NCBI GenBank assembly: GCA_963713825.1
Contig: CAVQNG010000005.1
Location: 128,001 to 192,000, forward strand
Origin: an uncultured Acidobacteriota bacterium
Lineage (GTDB): Bacteria; Acidobacteriota; Thermoanaerobaculia; Multivoradales; JAHEKO01
Length of the DNA stretch: 64,000 bases
Direction: 5' to 3'
A program made the translations under genes and the position numbers. This document shows, piece by piece, positions 8,948 through 19,066 of this stretch (within the stretch, counting starts at the first letter, position 1; every line of letters begins with the position of its first letter). The notes under the pieces are model-generated. The model saw nothing but the letters and a program-made list of their open reading frames with translations. It had not been told where the DNA came from and did no database searches.

Positions 8948-9451
8948 CTAACGGCGCTTTCGACGGAACTCCCACGGCGGCTCCGGGTCGGGGTCCTGCC
9001 AAAGACCACGGTGTGCCTTTCGGGCCTCGCGCTGGGCCTTGCCGAGAGCGATCTCCGAGGAGTAGCGGGTGTAGTGCCAGGCGAGTCCCTCGCTGATGAG
9101 CTGCTCGGAGAGGTCGGAACCATCGACATAGATGCGGGCGACTAGCCGGTCGTATTGATCCCGATCACGCACCTCGACCCGCACCCTTTTGCCCTCGACG
9201 AGCTCCCGAGTCCGCTTCCGCGCCACGTTGCTGAAGGGCTGTCCTTTTTCGGGTGTGTCGATGGCGTGCAGTCGAACTCTCAGGCTCTTGGGACCACCGG
9301 CCATGACCTCGATCGTGTCGCCGTCGTAGACCTTGACGCAGCGACCCTCGAAGGAATCGCGGGGGAGGCAGCCAGAAAGCGTGGCTGCGATCGCCAGGCC
9401 CAGAGCGATGGCGATTCTGTGCAGGCTAGCGGGTGGAGATGGGATGCGCAT
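8948..9451 (-). CDS. Thermonuclease (SNase) family lipoprotein
   Basis: VYDGDTI, VRLHAIDTPE, DQYDRLVA, GLAWHY, RGLWQD; lipobox LSGC; start 9451 preferred because TACAAT overlaps the 9469 ATG. Confidence 0.9.
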   Translation of the reverse strand: MRIPSPPASLHRIAIALGLAIAATLSGCLPRDSFEGRCVKVYDGDTIEVMAGGPKSLRVRLHAIDTPEKGQPFSNVARKRTRELVEGKRVRVEVRDRDQYDRLVARIYVDGSDLSEQLISEGLAWHYTRYSSEIALGKAQREARKAHRGLWQDPDPEPPWEFRRKRR

Positions 9452-9533
9452 CTTTTGTACCGAGGGCATTGTATTCGAGGCTCCTGGACGTCGAGCGTGC
9501 GTCGGAGAAGCAGGCTAAACTGCAGGTCAAGAG

Positions 9534-10856
9534 ATGGCTACCAGAACCACGGTTCACGAGCAGCCCACCAACGTTCGGTGGGCCATTCTCGCTCTGCTGT
9601 TCGTCATCAGCTTCGTGGCTTACCTGCTGCGAATGAACATCTCCGTGGCCGCGAAGTTCATGATGCCCGAGCTGGGTCTGTCCGAGGTACAGATGGGATG
9701 GGTGTTCGCAGCCTTCGTGTGGGGTTATGCACTGTTCCAGATTCCAGGTGGCTTTTTCGGCGAGATTCTGGGGCCCCGCCGGGCGCTGTCGATCGTTGTG
9801 CTGCTCTGGGCCATCCTGACGGTCCTTACCGGCTTGATCCCAGGCCAGATCTTCACCTGGGCTGGAGGCGCCCTGGCGTCACTTCTGGTGCTGCGGTTTC
9901 TGATGGGAGTCGTTCAGGCACCGCTCTATCCGGTCACAGCCGGAACAGTTCAACAGTGGTTTCCCGTTGGCAGCTGGGCTCTGCCGAATGGGCTGTCCAG
10001 CATGGGACTGGGATTGGGTGCGGCTTTCACGCCGCCGCTGGTCGCCTGGGTGATGGTAACCGTGGGTTGGAGGGAGACTTTCTATGTCACCGCTCCGGTG
10101 GCCCTCGTCCTCATCGCTGGCTGGTGGTGGTACGTCACCGACTCGCCTGAAGAGCACAGCAAGGTGAACCGGTCGGAGCTGGAGCTCATCACAGCCGACC
10201 GGCCAGCCGAGGGGGCGATACCGGAGACAGGAGTGGTGAAGCGCCTGGCGAAGAATCGGGATCTGTTGCTGCTCACAGTGAGCTATCTATGCATGAACTA
10301 CGTCTTCTACATCTTCTTTACGTGGTTCTACATCTACCTGGTGGATGTAAAGGGCTTCGGATTGCTCGAAGGAGGGTTCTTTGCGTCTCTACCCTTCATC
10401 GTCGGATCTTTCGCCGCGGCCGCGGGTGGATGGACCTGCGATCACCTCTGCCAGCGAATCGGGCCCAGGTGGGGATGTCGGCTTCCCGGCATCTCGGGCA
10501 TGGTTCTGGTGGCCCTTTTCCTGGTGCTCGGGGCGCTGGCGACGAACGCAGTTCTGGCGGTTGTCCTACTGTCCATCTGCTTCGCGTCGACACAGTTCAC
10601 GGAAGGGGCCTACTGGGCTGGCGCGACCTACATCGGGGGTCGGCACACCTCGGCGGCGACGGGCGTGCTCAATACCGGAGGAAACCTGGGGGGAGTCATC
10701 TCGGCCCCGATGATCCCCATACTGGTTGACCAGTTCGGCTGGTTGATAGCCCTCTCCACTGGTTCGGTCTTCGCCCTTGTGGGTGCCGCGCTCTGGCTGT
10801 GGGTTCGAGCCGACGAGCCCCTTGTCGGTAAGCGCGAGAGCCGGGAAATCTTCTAG
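9534..10856 (+). CDS. MFS transporter (ACS/ExuT-GudP-like)
   Basis: About 12 TM segments, YLLRMNISVA, QIPGG...GPRR, DSPEEH. Confidence 0.9.
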   Translation: MATRTTVHEQPTNVRWAILALLFVISFVAYLLRMNISVAAKFMMPELGLSEVQMGWVFAAFVWGYALFQIPGGFFGEILGPRRALSIVVLLWAILTVLTGLIPGQIFTWAGGALASLLVLRFLMGVVQAPLYPVTAGTVQQWFPVGSWALPNGLSSMGLGLGAAFTPPLVAWVMVTVGWRETFYVTAPVALVLIAGWWWYVTDSPEEHSKVNRSELELITADRPAEGAIPETGVVKRLAKNRDLLLLTVSYLCMNYVFYIFFTWFYIYLVDVKGFGLLEGGFFASLPFIVGSFAAAAGGWTCDHLCQRIGPRWGCRLPGISGMVLVALFLVLGALATNAVLAVVLLSICFASTQFTEGAYWAGATYIGGRHTSAATGVLNTGGNLGGVISAPMIPILVDQFGWLIALSTGSVFALVGAALWLWVRADEPLVGKRESREIF

Positions 10857-10896
10857 GAGTCGCCTTTCCACTCTTCAATCGGAACCACGGAGAATC

Positions 10897-12276
10897 TCAG
10901 TTCTCGTCGCGTCCATAGCCGGTGCCGATAGCGATCAGGGTCATGCCCAGCAGCGCCCAGGAGTGGAAATTAGCCAGGCCGATCTGAAGCGCAGAGAGCA
11001 TGGGAAGTCCGACCGCGGCCCCAGCGCTGGTCGTGCTAGCTGCCAGAACCGTTGGGATGCAGTAGGGAACCAGGAAAGGCCAGGTGCAGACCGTCATGTC
11101 CAGGAGGTTGGCCCTCCGGTAGCGACCGATACCGGCATTCTCGCCGGCCTGTCGAGCAAAGCCACCGATCGCGAGCAGGGCGACCACCGAGTGGGTGGTC
11201 AGGAGGACGGCGGCCGAGGCCATGGTGAAGAGACCGAATTCGACGCCCCGTGCCGTTCTGGCCCTTCCGCTCCACGCCCCAACGATGCGGCCCAGCAGTC
11301 CCGAAGCCTCGAGTCCGGCCACCAGGCCCATGAGCAGAAGCGTGAAGATGGAGACTCCGATGCCGCGTTCCATGCCGTCGATGATGAGACCGCGGGCAGT
11401 GTAGGCCTCTGGGTCGATGTAGAGGAGTTGTCGGGGTTCGAGGAGTCCGAGCGCCAGACCGATGCCGGCCGCGATCAGGATTCCAGTCAGCAGGCCGGTC
11501 AGCAGATGCGAGCGACGGATCAGGAGGACGACGACAACCAGGGGAGCCAGGAGCATGGGGAGGCCGCTCGGGTTCCCTTGCAGTGTCAGAGCCTGGGCGC
11601 CGCCGTTCTGTGCACTTCCCAGCAGAACGTAGAAGACGAGCGCCACAGCAGCCGCTGGCAAGGCATAGCGCAGCCTGGTTCTCACTACGCCGCCGATGTC
11701 GGCGCCCTGGGTGGAGGCCGAGGCGATGGTGGTATCCGAAACAGGTGAGATGTTGTCTCCGAAAGTGGCGCCACCCAGGATGGCTCCCATGAGGATCACC
11801 GGGTCGGTGCCGAGGCCGGCCGAAGCCGGGTAGAGAAGGGGAGCGCAGAGGATGATGGTGCCCAGGCTGGTGCCGGTGGCCGTTGCCACCAGGCAGCTGA
11901 TGAGGAAGCTGGCGGCGGCATAGCCGCCCCCTTGGAGACCGAGCTTGCCGGCTACCCAGACCAGTGACTCCACGAAGCCGCTGGCATTCATGAGGCTGGC
12001 CAGGACGCCGGCCAGCAGCCAGGCCAGAATCATCAACAGCACGATGGGCTGGCTCATGCCGCGCACCACGGTGTCGGCCCAGGCGCCCCGGTCCTCGGCC
12101 AGCAACATGGCGACAATCAGGGCGACCAGCAGGATCGGCCAAAAGCCATGCTCGTCCGGAGCGCCCGAGAGGCCGAGCCAGGCCACGCCGATCAGAAAGA
12201 CGAGGAAGGGCACGAGGGCGCCAATCCATCCGCCCTTGAACTGAAGCGACTCTCTATGGGCGTGTGGCTCGTTCAC
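10897..12276 (-). CDS. Na+/H+ antiporter NhaC family protein
   Basis: ATATGTSLGT, GATFGDNISPVSDTTIASA; GTG 12276 after AGGGG. Confidence 0.85.
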   Translation of the reverse strand: MNEPHAHRESLQFKGGWIGALVPFLVFLIGVAWLGLSGAPDEHGFWPILLVALIVAMLLAEDRGAWADTVVRGMSQPIVLLMILAWLLAGVLASLMNASGFVESLVWVAGKLGLQGGGYAAASFLISCLVATATGTSLGTIILCAPLLYPASAGLGTDPVILMGAILGGATFGDNISPVSDTTIASASTQGADIGGVVRTRLRYALPAAAVALVFYVLLGSAQNGGAQALTLQGNPSGLPMLLAPLVVVVLLIRRSHLLTGLLTGILIAAGIGLALGLLEPRQLLYIDPEAYTARGLIIDGMERGIGVSIFTLLLMGLVAGLEASGLLGRIVGAWSGRARTARGVEFGLFTMASAAVLLTTHSVVALLAIGGFARQAGENAGIGRYRRANLLDMTVCTWPFLVPYCIPTVLAASTTSAGAAVGLPMLSALQIGLANFHSWALLGMTLIAIGTGYGRDEN

Positions 12277-12388
12277 GGAATTCCCCTGGCACCTTGGATT
12301 GAAGACGTCTGAACATAGCAGAGGCCAGATCGGAAAGGGCCGCAAAAGTGGGTGGCACCTTAGAATGGGGCATCGATAGGAGGATGTA

Positions 12389-12739
12389 ATGGCTGGCAAT
12401 CCCGATGAATTCACGCTGTGGGACCTGAAGGTAGAGGTGGTGGCGGGAGAAGGCGAGATGGTCTGCAACCACCAGGTGGGTGACTCCTTCGAGCTGTCGG
12501 GCGAAGACCTCACCCTGCCTGCTGGACAGAGCTTTCCGATCTACCCTCTGGCGGCGCTACTCCCGCTGCTGCCCGCCAAGCAGCGAGACACGGAGCCCAA
12601 CGACTGGATGACGACCGATACCGAGGTGGCTTGCCCTGATCCCAACTGTGGTGCGAGGTTCCGGATCATGCGGACCGGTCGGCGAACCTTCCGCCATGGT
12701 GACGTGACCCGGGTGCCGTTGCCGGAGCAGGACTCTTGA
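12389..12739 (+). CDS. TIGR04076 family protein
   Basis: LKVEVV...C...GDSF...CPDP...FRI pattern; AGGAGG SD and TAGAAT upstream. Confidence 0.78.
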   Translation: MAGNPDEFTLWDLKVEVVAGEGEMVCNHQVGDSFELSGEDLTLPAGQSFPIYPLAALLPLLPAKQRDTEPNDWMTTDTEVACPDPNCGARFRIMRTGRRTFRHGDVTRVPLPEQDS

Positions 12740-13788
12740 TCGAGCGCTTCGAGCTGGCCCCGGGGTATTCGATCTCCAGGCTGGTCAACGGAGGCTGGCA
12801 GCTGAGTGCTGGCCATCGCCCCAGCTCGCTGGATCGTCAGGCGGTGATTGCCGATCTGCGACGTCTGGTCGATGTCGGGCTCACAACGTTCGACTGTGCC
12901 GACATCTACCTGGGTGTCGAAGAGCTGTTGGGCGAGCTCGTTCGCGACCTGAAAAAGAGCTCGGTCTCAGACGAGATCCAGATCCACACCAAGTTCGTGC
13001 CCGATCGATCAGATCTGGGCAGCGTCGATCGCCAGGGAGTGGCCAGAATCATCGATCGATCCCTCGAGCGCCTCGGAGTCGAGCGACTGGACCTCGTGCA
13101 GTTTCATTGGTGGGACTACGGGGCACCTCGATACGTCGAGGTCGCCGGTTGGCTGGTCGATCTGCAGCTGGCTGGGAAGATCCGACTTCTTGGAACCACC
13201 AACTTCGACACTCCTCGATTGCAGGAGCTAGTGGATTCCGGGTTTCCCGTCGCAGCCCACCAGGTACAGTACTCGGTCTTGGATCGACGGCCTGAGGCGG
13301 CGATGGTCGACTTTTGCCGCGACAACGGTATCCAGCTCCTCTGTTACGGCTCGGTCGCTGGCGGGTTCCTTTCGGCGCGCTATCTGAGCTCGCCCGAGCC
13401 GAAGGAGCCTCTGCAGAACCGCTCATTAACGAAGTACAAGCTGATCATCGACGAGTTCGGGAGCTGGGAGCTCTTCCAGGAGTTGCTGCAAGCCCTGGCC
13501 GAGAGTGGCCGCAAGCATGATGTCAGCCCAACGACGGTAGCTGTGCGCTGGGTGCTGGAGCGGCCGCAGGTCGCGGCGGTGCTGATGGGGACCCGCAATG
13601 CCGATCACCTGGCGCCGAACTTGGAGGTCTTCCGTCTTCGTCTCGACGGGGAGGATCGCCAGATCCTGGGCGAGGTCCTGCGAAGGGCAGGAGGACCCTT
13701 GGGAGAGCCTTTTTCTCTGGAGCGAGAGCCCGAGGGGCGTCACGCTGTCATCATGAAGACCGACTTGAATCGGGCGACGATCGACTGA
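12736..13788 (+). CDS. Aldo/keto reductase
   Basis: FDCADIY, IHTK, SLERLGVERLDLVQFHWW, QVQYSVLDRR; TTGA overlap with upstream stop. Confidence 0.93.
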   Translation: MIERFELAPGYSISRLVNGGWQLSAGHRPSSLDRQAVIADLRRLVDVGLTTFDCADIYLGVEELLGELVRDLKKSSVSDEIQIHTKFVPDRSDLGSVDRQGVARIIDRSLERLGVERLDLVQFHWWDYGAPRYVEVAGWLVDLQLAGKIRLLGTTNFDTPRLQELVDSGFPVAAHQVQYSVLDRRPEAAMVDFCRDNGIQLLCYGSVAGGFLSARYLSSPEPKEPLQNRSLTKYKLIIDEFGSWELFQELLQALAESGRKHDVSPTTVAVRWVLERPQVAAVLMGTRNADHLAPNLEVFRLRLDGEDRQILGEVLRRAGGPLGEPFSLEREPEGRHAVIMKTDLNRATID

Positions 13789-13800
13789 TCCTTCGAACAG

Positions 13801-16461
13801 CTAGCGCTCCAACGCGGACTCCCAATTCAGAACGACGGTCGTCGGTGGTGTCGAGTCCTGCTGCAATGAGCTCAGAAGCAGGAAGCGCTCCCCGTCGGGC
13901 GCCACCAGGTAGCGGTTGTTGTTCGTGATCTGGCGCAGCCGTACCGGAAACAGTTCCTCGGGTATGCCCGCATCGAAGGAATCGCCCGTCTCGACCGAAA
14001 CCCGCATCATGTTCATCTCCGGAGAGATGTAGTAGAGCTCCTGGCCATCGGGACTCCACTGTGGCTCGGTACCGCCTGCGGTAGAGATCTGCCACTTGCC
14101 TCCAGGACCGGGGAACTCCTGCACGTAGATTTCAGCGCGGCCCGACTCGTTGGTTTGGTACGCCACCCAACCTCCGTCGGGAGAAAAGCGGGCGCGAACC
14201 TCGGCAAAGGGAGTCATGAGAAACGGATAGGGCTCCTGATCTCCCTCCAGGGGTAGAACCCATATATCCCAACTCGTCTCATCTCCACGGTCGTAGTACA
14301 AGAGGTGCTTCCCATCGGCCGAGAAGGAACTGGGGTGCTGATCCCTTTCTCGCTCCAGAAGATACTCGACCTGACCACTCCCACCTACCGCCGTGATGGC
14401 GAGATCGAACCCCTCTTCTCGTCCCTCTGCGAAGGCGATCTTTTTGCCGTCGGGAGTCCATAAGGGGTTCTGATCACCGCCCTCATTGAAAGTGAGCCTG
14501 GAGGTGACGCCTCGAGCGAGATCTCTCACCCAGATGTCCGCATTTTCGCTCGACGAGGTAGTGACGACCATGGCCAACCAGCGGCCATCGGGAGACAGGG
14601 AAGTCACGCTGATGTCGCCAGGGTCACCGATGAACTCTCTGGATTCACCCTCCTTGTCGACCCATACCAACTGCCCACCGCCTGCCTCGCCTCCCCGCAT
14701 GGCCAGGACTCCATTTCGCGACGCCGAAAAATGGGCCAGCCCAACGTTGTCGATGCTCAGGTCTTCGGCAAGAGGCACCGGCTCGCCGGTGAGCTCACCA
14801 GCCTTGGCGTCGAAGGGTTGTGCCACCAGCGTCGCCTCTCGGACGTAGAGCAGATAGCCTGGAGGTGCGTACTCGACTCGGGATTGGCCCTTGAGAACGG
14901 TCTTCTCGTTGGCACCATCCACATCGGCGACCCGGACCTCAGCCCCGTCCTCACCCTGGAAGTCCACGTACAGGAACTTCTCGCCGCCGGGCAGGAACTG
15001 TGGCCAGCCGACGCTCAGATCGGCGCTCTCCGGAGTTTCGCTGGTCACCAGCGCGGAGGGAATACCACCAGAGGCGGCAACCTTCATGATCGGATCGCCG
15101 CCAGTGCCGTCGTAGAAGATGATCCCTTTCTCACTCCAGCTGCCATCGGCTCCGGTCGGCGCATCGCAAATGACCTGGGCAGGCCCGCCACTGACAGGGA
15201 TCTTCTTGAGCTTGCCGTCAGCGATGAAGCCGAGGAACTTGCTGTCGGGCGACCAGAATGGGCGCATGGAGTTTTCGGTGCCGGGCATGGGCTGGGCTTC
15301 GAGAGCGTTGAGTGGACGCAGCCAAATCATGGTCTCGCCCTGTTCGTCGGTGGCGTTGTAGGCGATGAAGCGGCCGTCTGGCGAGACCTTGGGAGAGTCG
15401 ACCACTGGCAGACCCTCGGGTTGGGGGATCTCGAACCGGACGATCTCTCGGGCCTCGGGTGCCCGCTGGAGAAAGCCGAAAGCGAAGGCCGCGGCGACGA
15501 GAGCGAGTCCCGCCGCAACGGCCCAGGCCAGGCGCTCCCGGCTCTTGCGTCGGGCTGCCACCGGTATCGGTACGCCCACCTGCGAGCCGCCCTCGGCGAT
15601 CCACTGCAACTGCAGCTTCAAGTCGTGCGCGGTATGCCAGCGCTCTTCCGGGTCCTTCGCCAGGCAGGTCTGAACGACTCGGTCGAAGGCGGGTGGTGCC
15701 ATCGGGGCGATCATGGAGACCGACTCCGGCTCGGAGTGCATGATGGCGCCGATGAGGCTCGCCTGGGTCTTGCCGATGAAGGGCTTCTTGCCGGAAGCCA
15801 TCTCGTAGAGCATCGCTCCCAGGGCGAAGATGTCGCTGCGGGCGTCGGCCTCCTTGCCCTCGATCTGCTCCGGTGACATGTACTGGAACGTTCCGAGGAT
15901 CGTGCCCTCGACCGTCAGCGGCGCACTGGCCGGAGTCTCGGTGAGAAGGCGGGAGAAGTCGGCGCCACTGATCTCGGCCTCCGGCGTGAAGTGCTTGGCG
16001 AGGCCGAAATCGAGGAGCTTGACCCCCGACGCGGTGAGCATGATGTTGCCAGGCTTGAGGTCGCGATGGATGACGCCGCTTTTGTGGGCTTTGTCGAGTG
16101 CGTCGGCGATCTGGACGCCGATCTCCATGACCTGAGGTAAGGGGATGGCTCCCTTTTCGAGCCTCTCGGCGAGGGACTCGCCCTCGAGATGCTCCATGAC
16201 CAGGTAGGCCACCCCCTCCTCGTGACCGACATCGAAGAGGGTGCAGATGTGGGGGTGGGAGAGGGACGAGATTACCTTGGCTTCACGCTCGAAGCGCTGC
16301 TGGATCTCGGGTGAAGCGGAAAGGTGGTCCGGAAGCACCTTGATCGCGACCGTGCGATCGAGGCGGCTATCGCGGGCCAGATAGACCTCACCCATGCCAC
16401 CCGCGCCGAGTGGGTTGAGGATCTCGTACGGTCCCAGGTTGGAGCCAGCTTCGATAGTCAC
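13801..16461 (-). CDS. Ser/Thr kinase - TM - TolB/PD40 beta-propeller
   Basis: [29 protein letters not shown]; repeated SPDG motifs; C-terminal VVLNW. Confidence 0.95.
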   Translation of the reverse strand: MTIEAGSNLGPYEILNPLGAGGMGEVYLARDSRLDRTVAIKVLPDHLSASPEIQQRFEREAKVISSLSHPHICTLFDVGHEEGVAYLVMEHLEGESLAERLEKGAIPLPQVMEIGVQIADALDKAHKSGVIHRDLKPGNIMLTASGVKLLDFGLAKHFTPEAEISGADFSRLLTETPASAPLTVEGTILGTFQYMSPEQIEGKEADARSDIFALGAMLYEMASGKKPFIGKTQASLIGAIMHSEPESVSMIAPMAPPAFDRVVQTCLAKDPEERWHTAHDLKLQLQWIAEGGSQVGVPIPVAARRKSRERLAWAVAAGLALVAAAFAFGFLQRAPEAREIVRFEIPQPEGLPVVDSPKVSPDGRFIAYNATDEQGETMIWLRPLNALEAQPMPGTENSMRPFWSPDSKFLGFIADGKLKKIPVSGGPAQVICDAPTGADGSWSEKGIIFYDGTGGDPIMKVAASGGIPSALVTSETPESADLSVGWPQFLPGGEKFLYVDFQGEDGAEVRVADVDGANEKTVLKGQSRVEYAPPGYLLYVREATLVAQPFDAKAGELTGEPVPLAEDLSIDNVGLAHFSASRNGVLAMRGGEAGGGQLVWVDKEGESREFIGDPGDISVTSLSPDGRWLAMVVTTSSSENADIWVRDLARGVTSRLTFNEGGDQNPLWTPDGKKIAFAEGREEGFDLAITAVGGSGQVEYLLERERDQHPSSFSADGKHLLYYDRGDETSWDIWVLPLEGDQEPYPFLMTPFAEVRARFSPDGGWVAYQTNESGRAEIYVQEFPGPGGKWQISTAGGTEPQWSPDGQELYYISPEMNMMRVSVETGDSFDAGIPEELFPVRLRQITNNNRYLVAPDGERFLLLSSLQQDSTPPTTVVLNWESALER

Positions 16462-16486
16462 GACGTCTCCTTGAAATCTAGCGGTT

Positions 16487-16588
16487 CTAGTCGGCCTTGC
16501 TTGTCAGGCGCTCGACTTCGCCCATCCCGCCCTCACCCAGTTTGCCGGTGATTCGGAAGTGAGAGAGAGTCACACCTTTTAGAGTCAA
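16487..16588 (-). pseudogene. 33-codon collapsed kinase remnant ([33 protein letters not shown])
   Basis: Manual translation: kinase N-terminus and glycine loop joined in frame to an 8-residue tail and TAG. Confidence 0.8.
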
Positions 16589-16946
16589 GCCTGCACCAGA
16601 CCTTTCAATCCGTAGATGAACCTGGTTGTCCTGAAATCGCGTGCAGATTGTAGCCCATCGTGGGGGCTCGAAGCCGGCTGACTCTCAGAAGTGGGTGGCA
16701 CCCGAGGATGGCGTGGTCGGGGGGCGCTGTGCGAATCCGGGATGGGTGATCCCGGAGGCGAACAGAGAACGGTTCCGACGATCGAGGGAATTGTCGCTAG
16801 AGACTGAGGCAGACTGGCCTGTAAGCGCTGCAAGTAGGGCTCTTGCCGCGTGGAGCTCGAAATAGATCGAGAGACGGCACGGTCTTTGCTAAGTACTGGG
16901 GCAAGGCAATCTCTACGGGTCGTTCTGTGGGTTAAAAGGAGGTAGT

Positions 16947-19066
16947 TTGAAGGCTATTTTCCAGGATGTCCGATTCGGTCTGCGACGGATTTTCAAACAT
17001 CCAATCGTCGCCTTCAGCATTGTTCTCTCCCTGGCCCTCGGAATTGGGGCCAATGTGGCGATCTTCAGCGTTTTCAGCGCCGCGACGTTGCGGCCCTTGC
17101 CATTCGAGGACGACAACCGTTTGACCCGCATTTACCTCGTTCCCGATAAGAGTGATGAACGCATCAGCCTGCGCCCCGAGGTGTTCCTCCCGTTGCGGGA
17201 GGAAGCGCGGTCCTTTGAAGGCGTCGTAGGCCAGCGCTTCATGAGCCTCGCATTCGAGACGGATGAGGGGCCGGAGCGAGTTGTCGGAATCGGAGTCACC
17301 GAGGGTTGGTCGTCGACTCTCGGTATCGAGCCGCAGATCGGCCGATCCTTTTCGGCCGCAGAGGAGAAAGGGGGGCTATCCAGCGGCGTGGTGGTGATCA
17401 GTCATGGCACCTGGCAACGCTGGTTCGGAGGAGACGCCGCGATCCTGGGAGAGCAGGTCTCCTTGGCAGGTGGCACCTACTCTGTGATCGGAGTCATGCC
17501 AGTCGGTATGGCGTATCCCTATGAGGCCGAACTCTGGCTCCCGATGCAGGTGGATGCGGACCAACTGGGACCCTGGGGGCTCAACGTCCCGGCAAGACTG
17601 GGCCCCGGGGTCAGTCTGATGGCCGCCAACAAGGAGCTCGCCGCCCTCTCTCAGGAGATCGATCTCGATGAGGGCATGACGCTGCAGGCAGTGCCTATTC
17701 GGGAGGTCTTGGTTCGGGACGAGGAGCGCCCGTTGATGCTTCTGCTGGCGGCGGTCGGATTCCTGCTCATCATCGTCGCCGTCAATATCGCCAATCTGCT
17801 CCTCGCCGAATCGCTGAGCCGGGACCGTGAGTTCGCTGTTCGCACGACGCTTGGCGCTGGTCGGCTTCGTCAGATCAGGCAGCTTCTGACCGAAAGCCTG
17901 ATCCTGGCGTTGGTAGGAGGCGGCGCGGGCCTTGTGGTGGCCTGGTGGGTGAGAGACCTCCTGATGCCGCTGCTGCCGGCCCGTTTGGCGCAGCTGACTG
18001 GCGGAGTCTCGATCGACATGCGAGTCCTCGTGTTTTCCCTGGTCATGGTCCTGGGTACGGCTGCCGTCGTTGGCATGGCTCCAGCGCTCCGGGCCTCCAA
18101 GAGACAGCCGCAGGAGCTGCTGCAAGGCGGCAGGGGAGCGACCAGAGGCGTGGCCTCGAGTTGGCTGGGCAAGGCCTTTATCGTCGCTCAAGTGGCTTTG
18201 TGCCTGATACTGCTGGCGGGAGCAGGGTCCATCAGAAGAGACTTGAGAGCCCTCAGCAGGCTCGACCTCGGCTACGAGCAGGAGGGCCTCCTGACTCTGT
18301 CGGTCAACTTGAGTGGTGAGGAGTACTCGATGGGTCCAGCTCGACAGAGCTTCGTCGACGATGTTCTCGATCGATTGGAGGCGATCCCGGGAGTGGAGAC
18401 CGCTGCCTCGACGAATGTCTTTCCTTCCGAGCGGGGCAACTTCTTGGCCCAGGTCGAGGTCGAAGGTCGCGAGATGCGCCCCGAGGAGACCCACCTGGTG
18501 AACCATCGTTTCGTGACTCCCGGGTTTCACGATTCGATGGGCATTCCAGTTCTCCGAGGCCGAGCGCTGAACGCTTCTGATGGAGATAGTGGCCTGCCGG
18601 TCGTGGTTGTCAGCCAATCCCTGGCCGAGCGCTATTGGCCGGGAGAGGCTGCGGTCGGCCAGCGCTTGCGCAACGCCAGGGAAGGCGAGGACGCGCCGTG
18701 GTTGACCGTGGTCGGCGTGGTCGGCAACGTCCACGAGTTCTATGAGACCGTCGAGACCTGGTATCTGCCTCTGGCCCAGAACGCAGGTCACTCCCTGGCC
18801 TCCAAGGTCGTCTTCGTGGCTCGGGCAGCCAGTGCTCGGAGGGCATTCCTGGTCAGATGCGGCATGCGGTTCAAACCGTAGGCCCGACCCTACCTGTCTT
18901 TCAGCAGGAGTCGGCCTCGGAGATCTACGCCGAATCCTTGGCGGGGCAGGTCTTCGCGACGCATCTGACCTCGGCCTTTGCAGTGATTGGTTTGCTGGTG
19001 GCGTCTTACGTGCCTGCCCGACGTGTTTTGCGGGTCGATCCGCAGGTCGAGCTGCGAGCGGAGTGA
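16947..19066 (+). pseudogene. ADOP-type duplicated ABC permease (MacB/FtsX), frameshifted and internally deleted
   Basis: LALGIGANVAIFS, REFAVRTTLGAGR; frame change near 18830-18850; C-terminal ASYVPARR..VDP..LRAE lies in another frame and the second REIGIRxALGA segment is missing. Confidence 0.8.

Noticed and set aside
16641-16865. ORF starting IVAHRGG as a glycerophosphodiester phosphodiesterase remnant
   Set aside because: Nothing after the motif resembles GDPD, and the sequence coincides with a minus-strand TACAAT promoter element.
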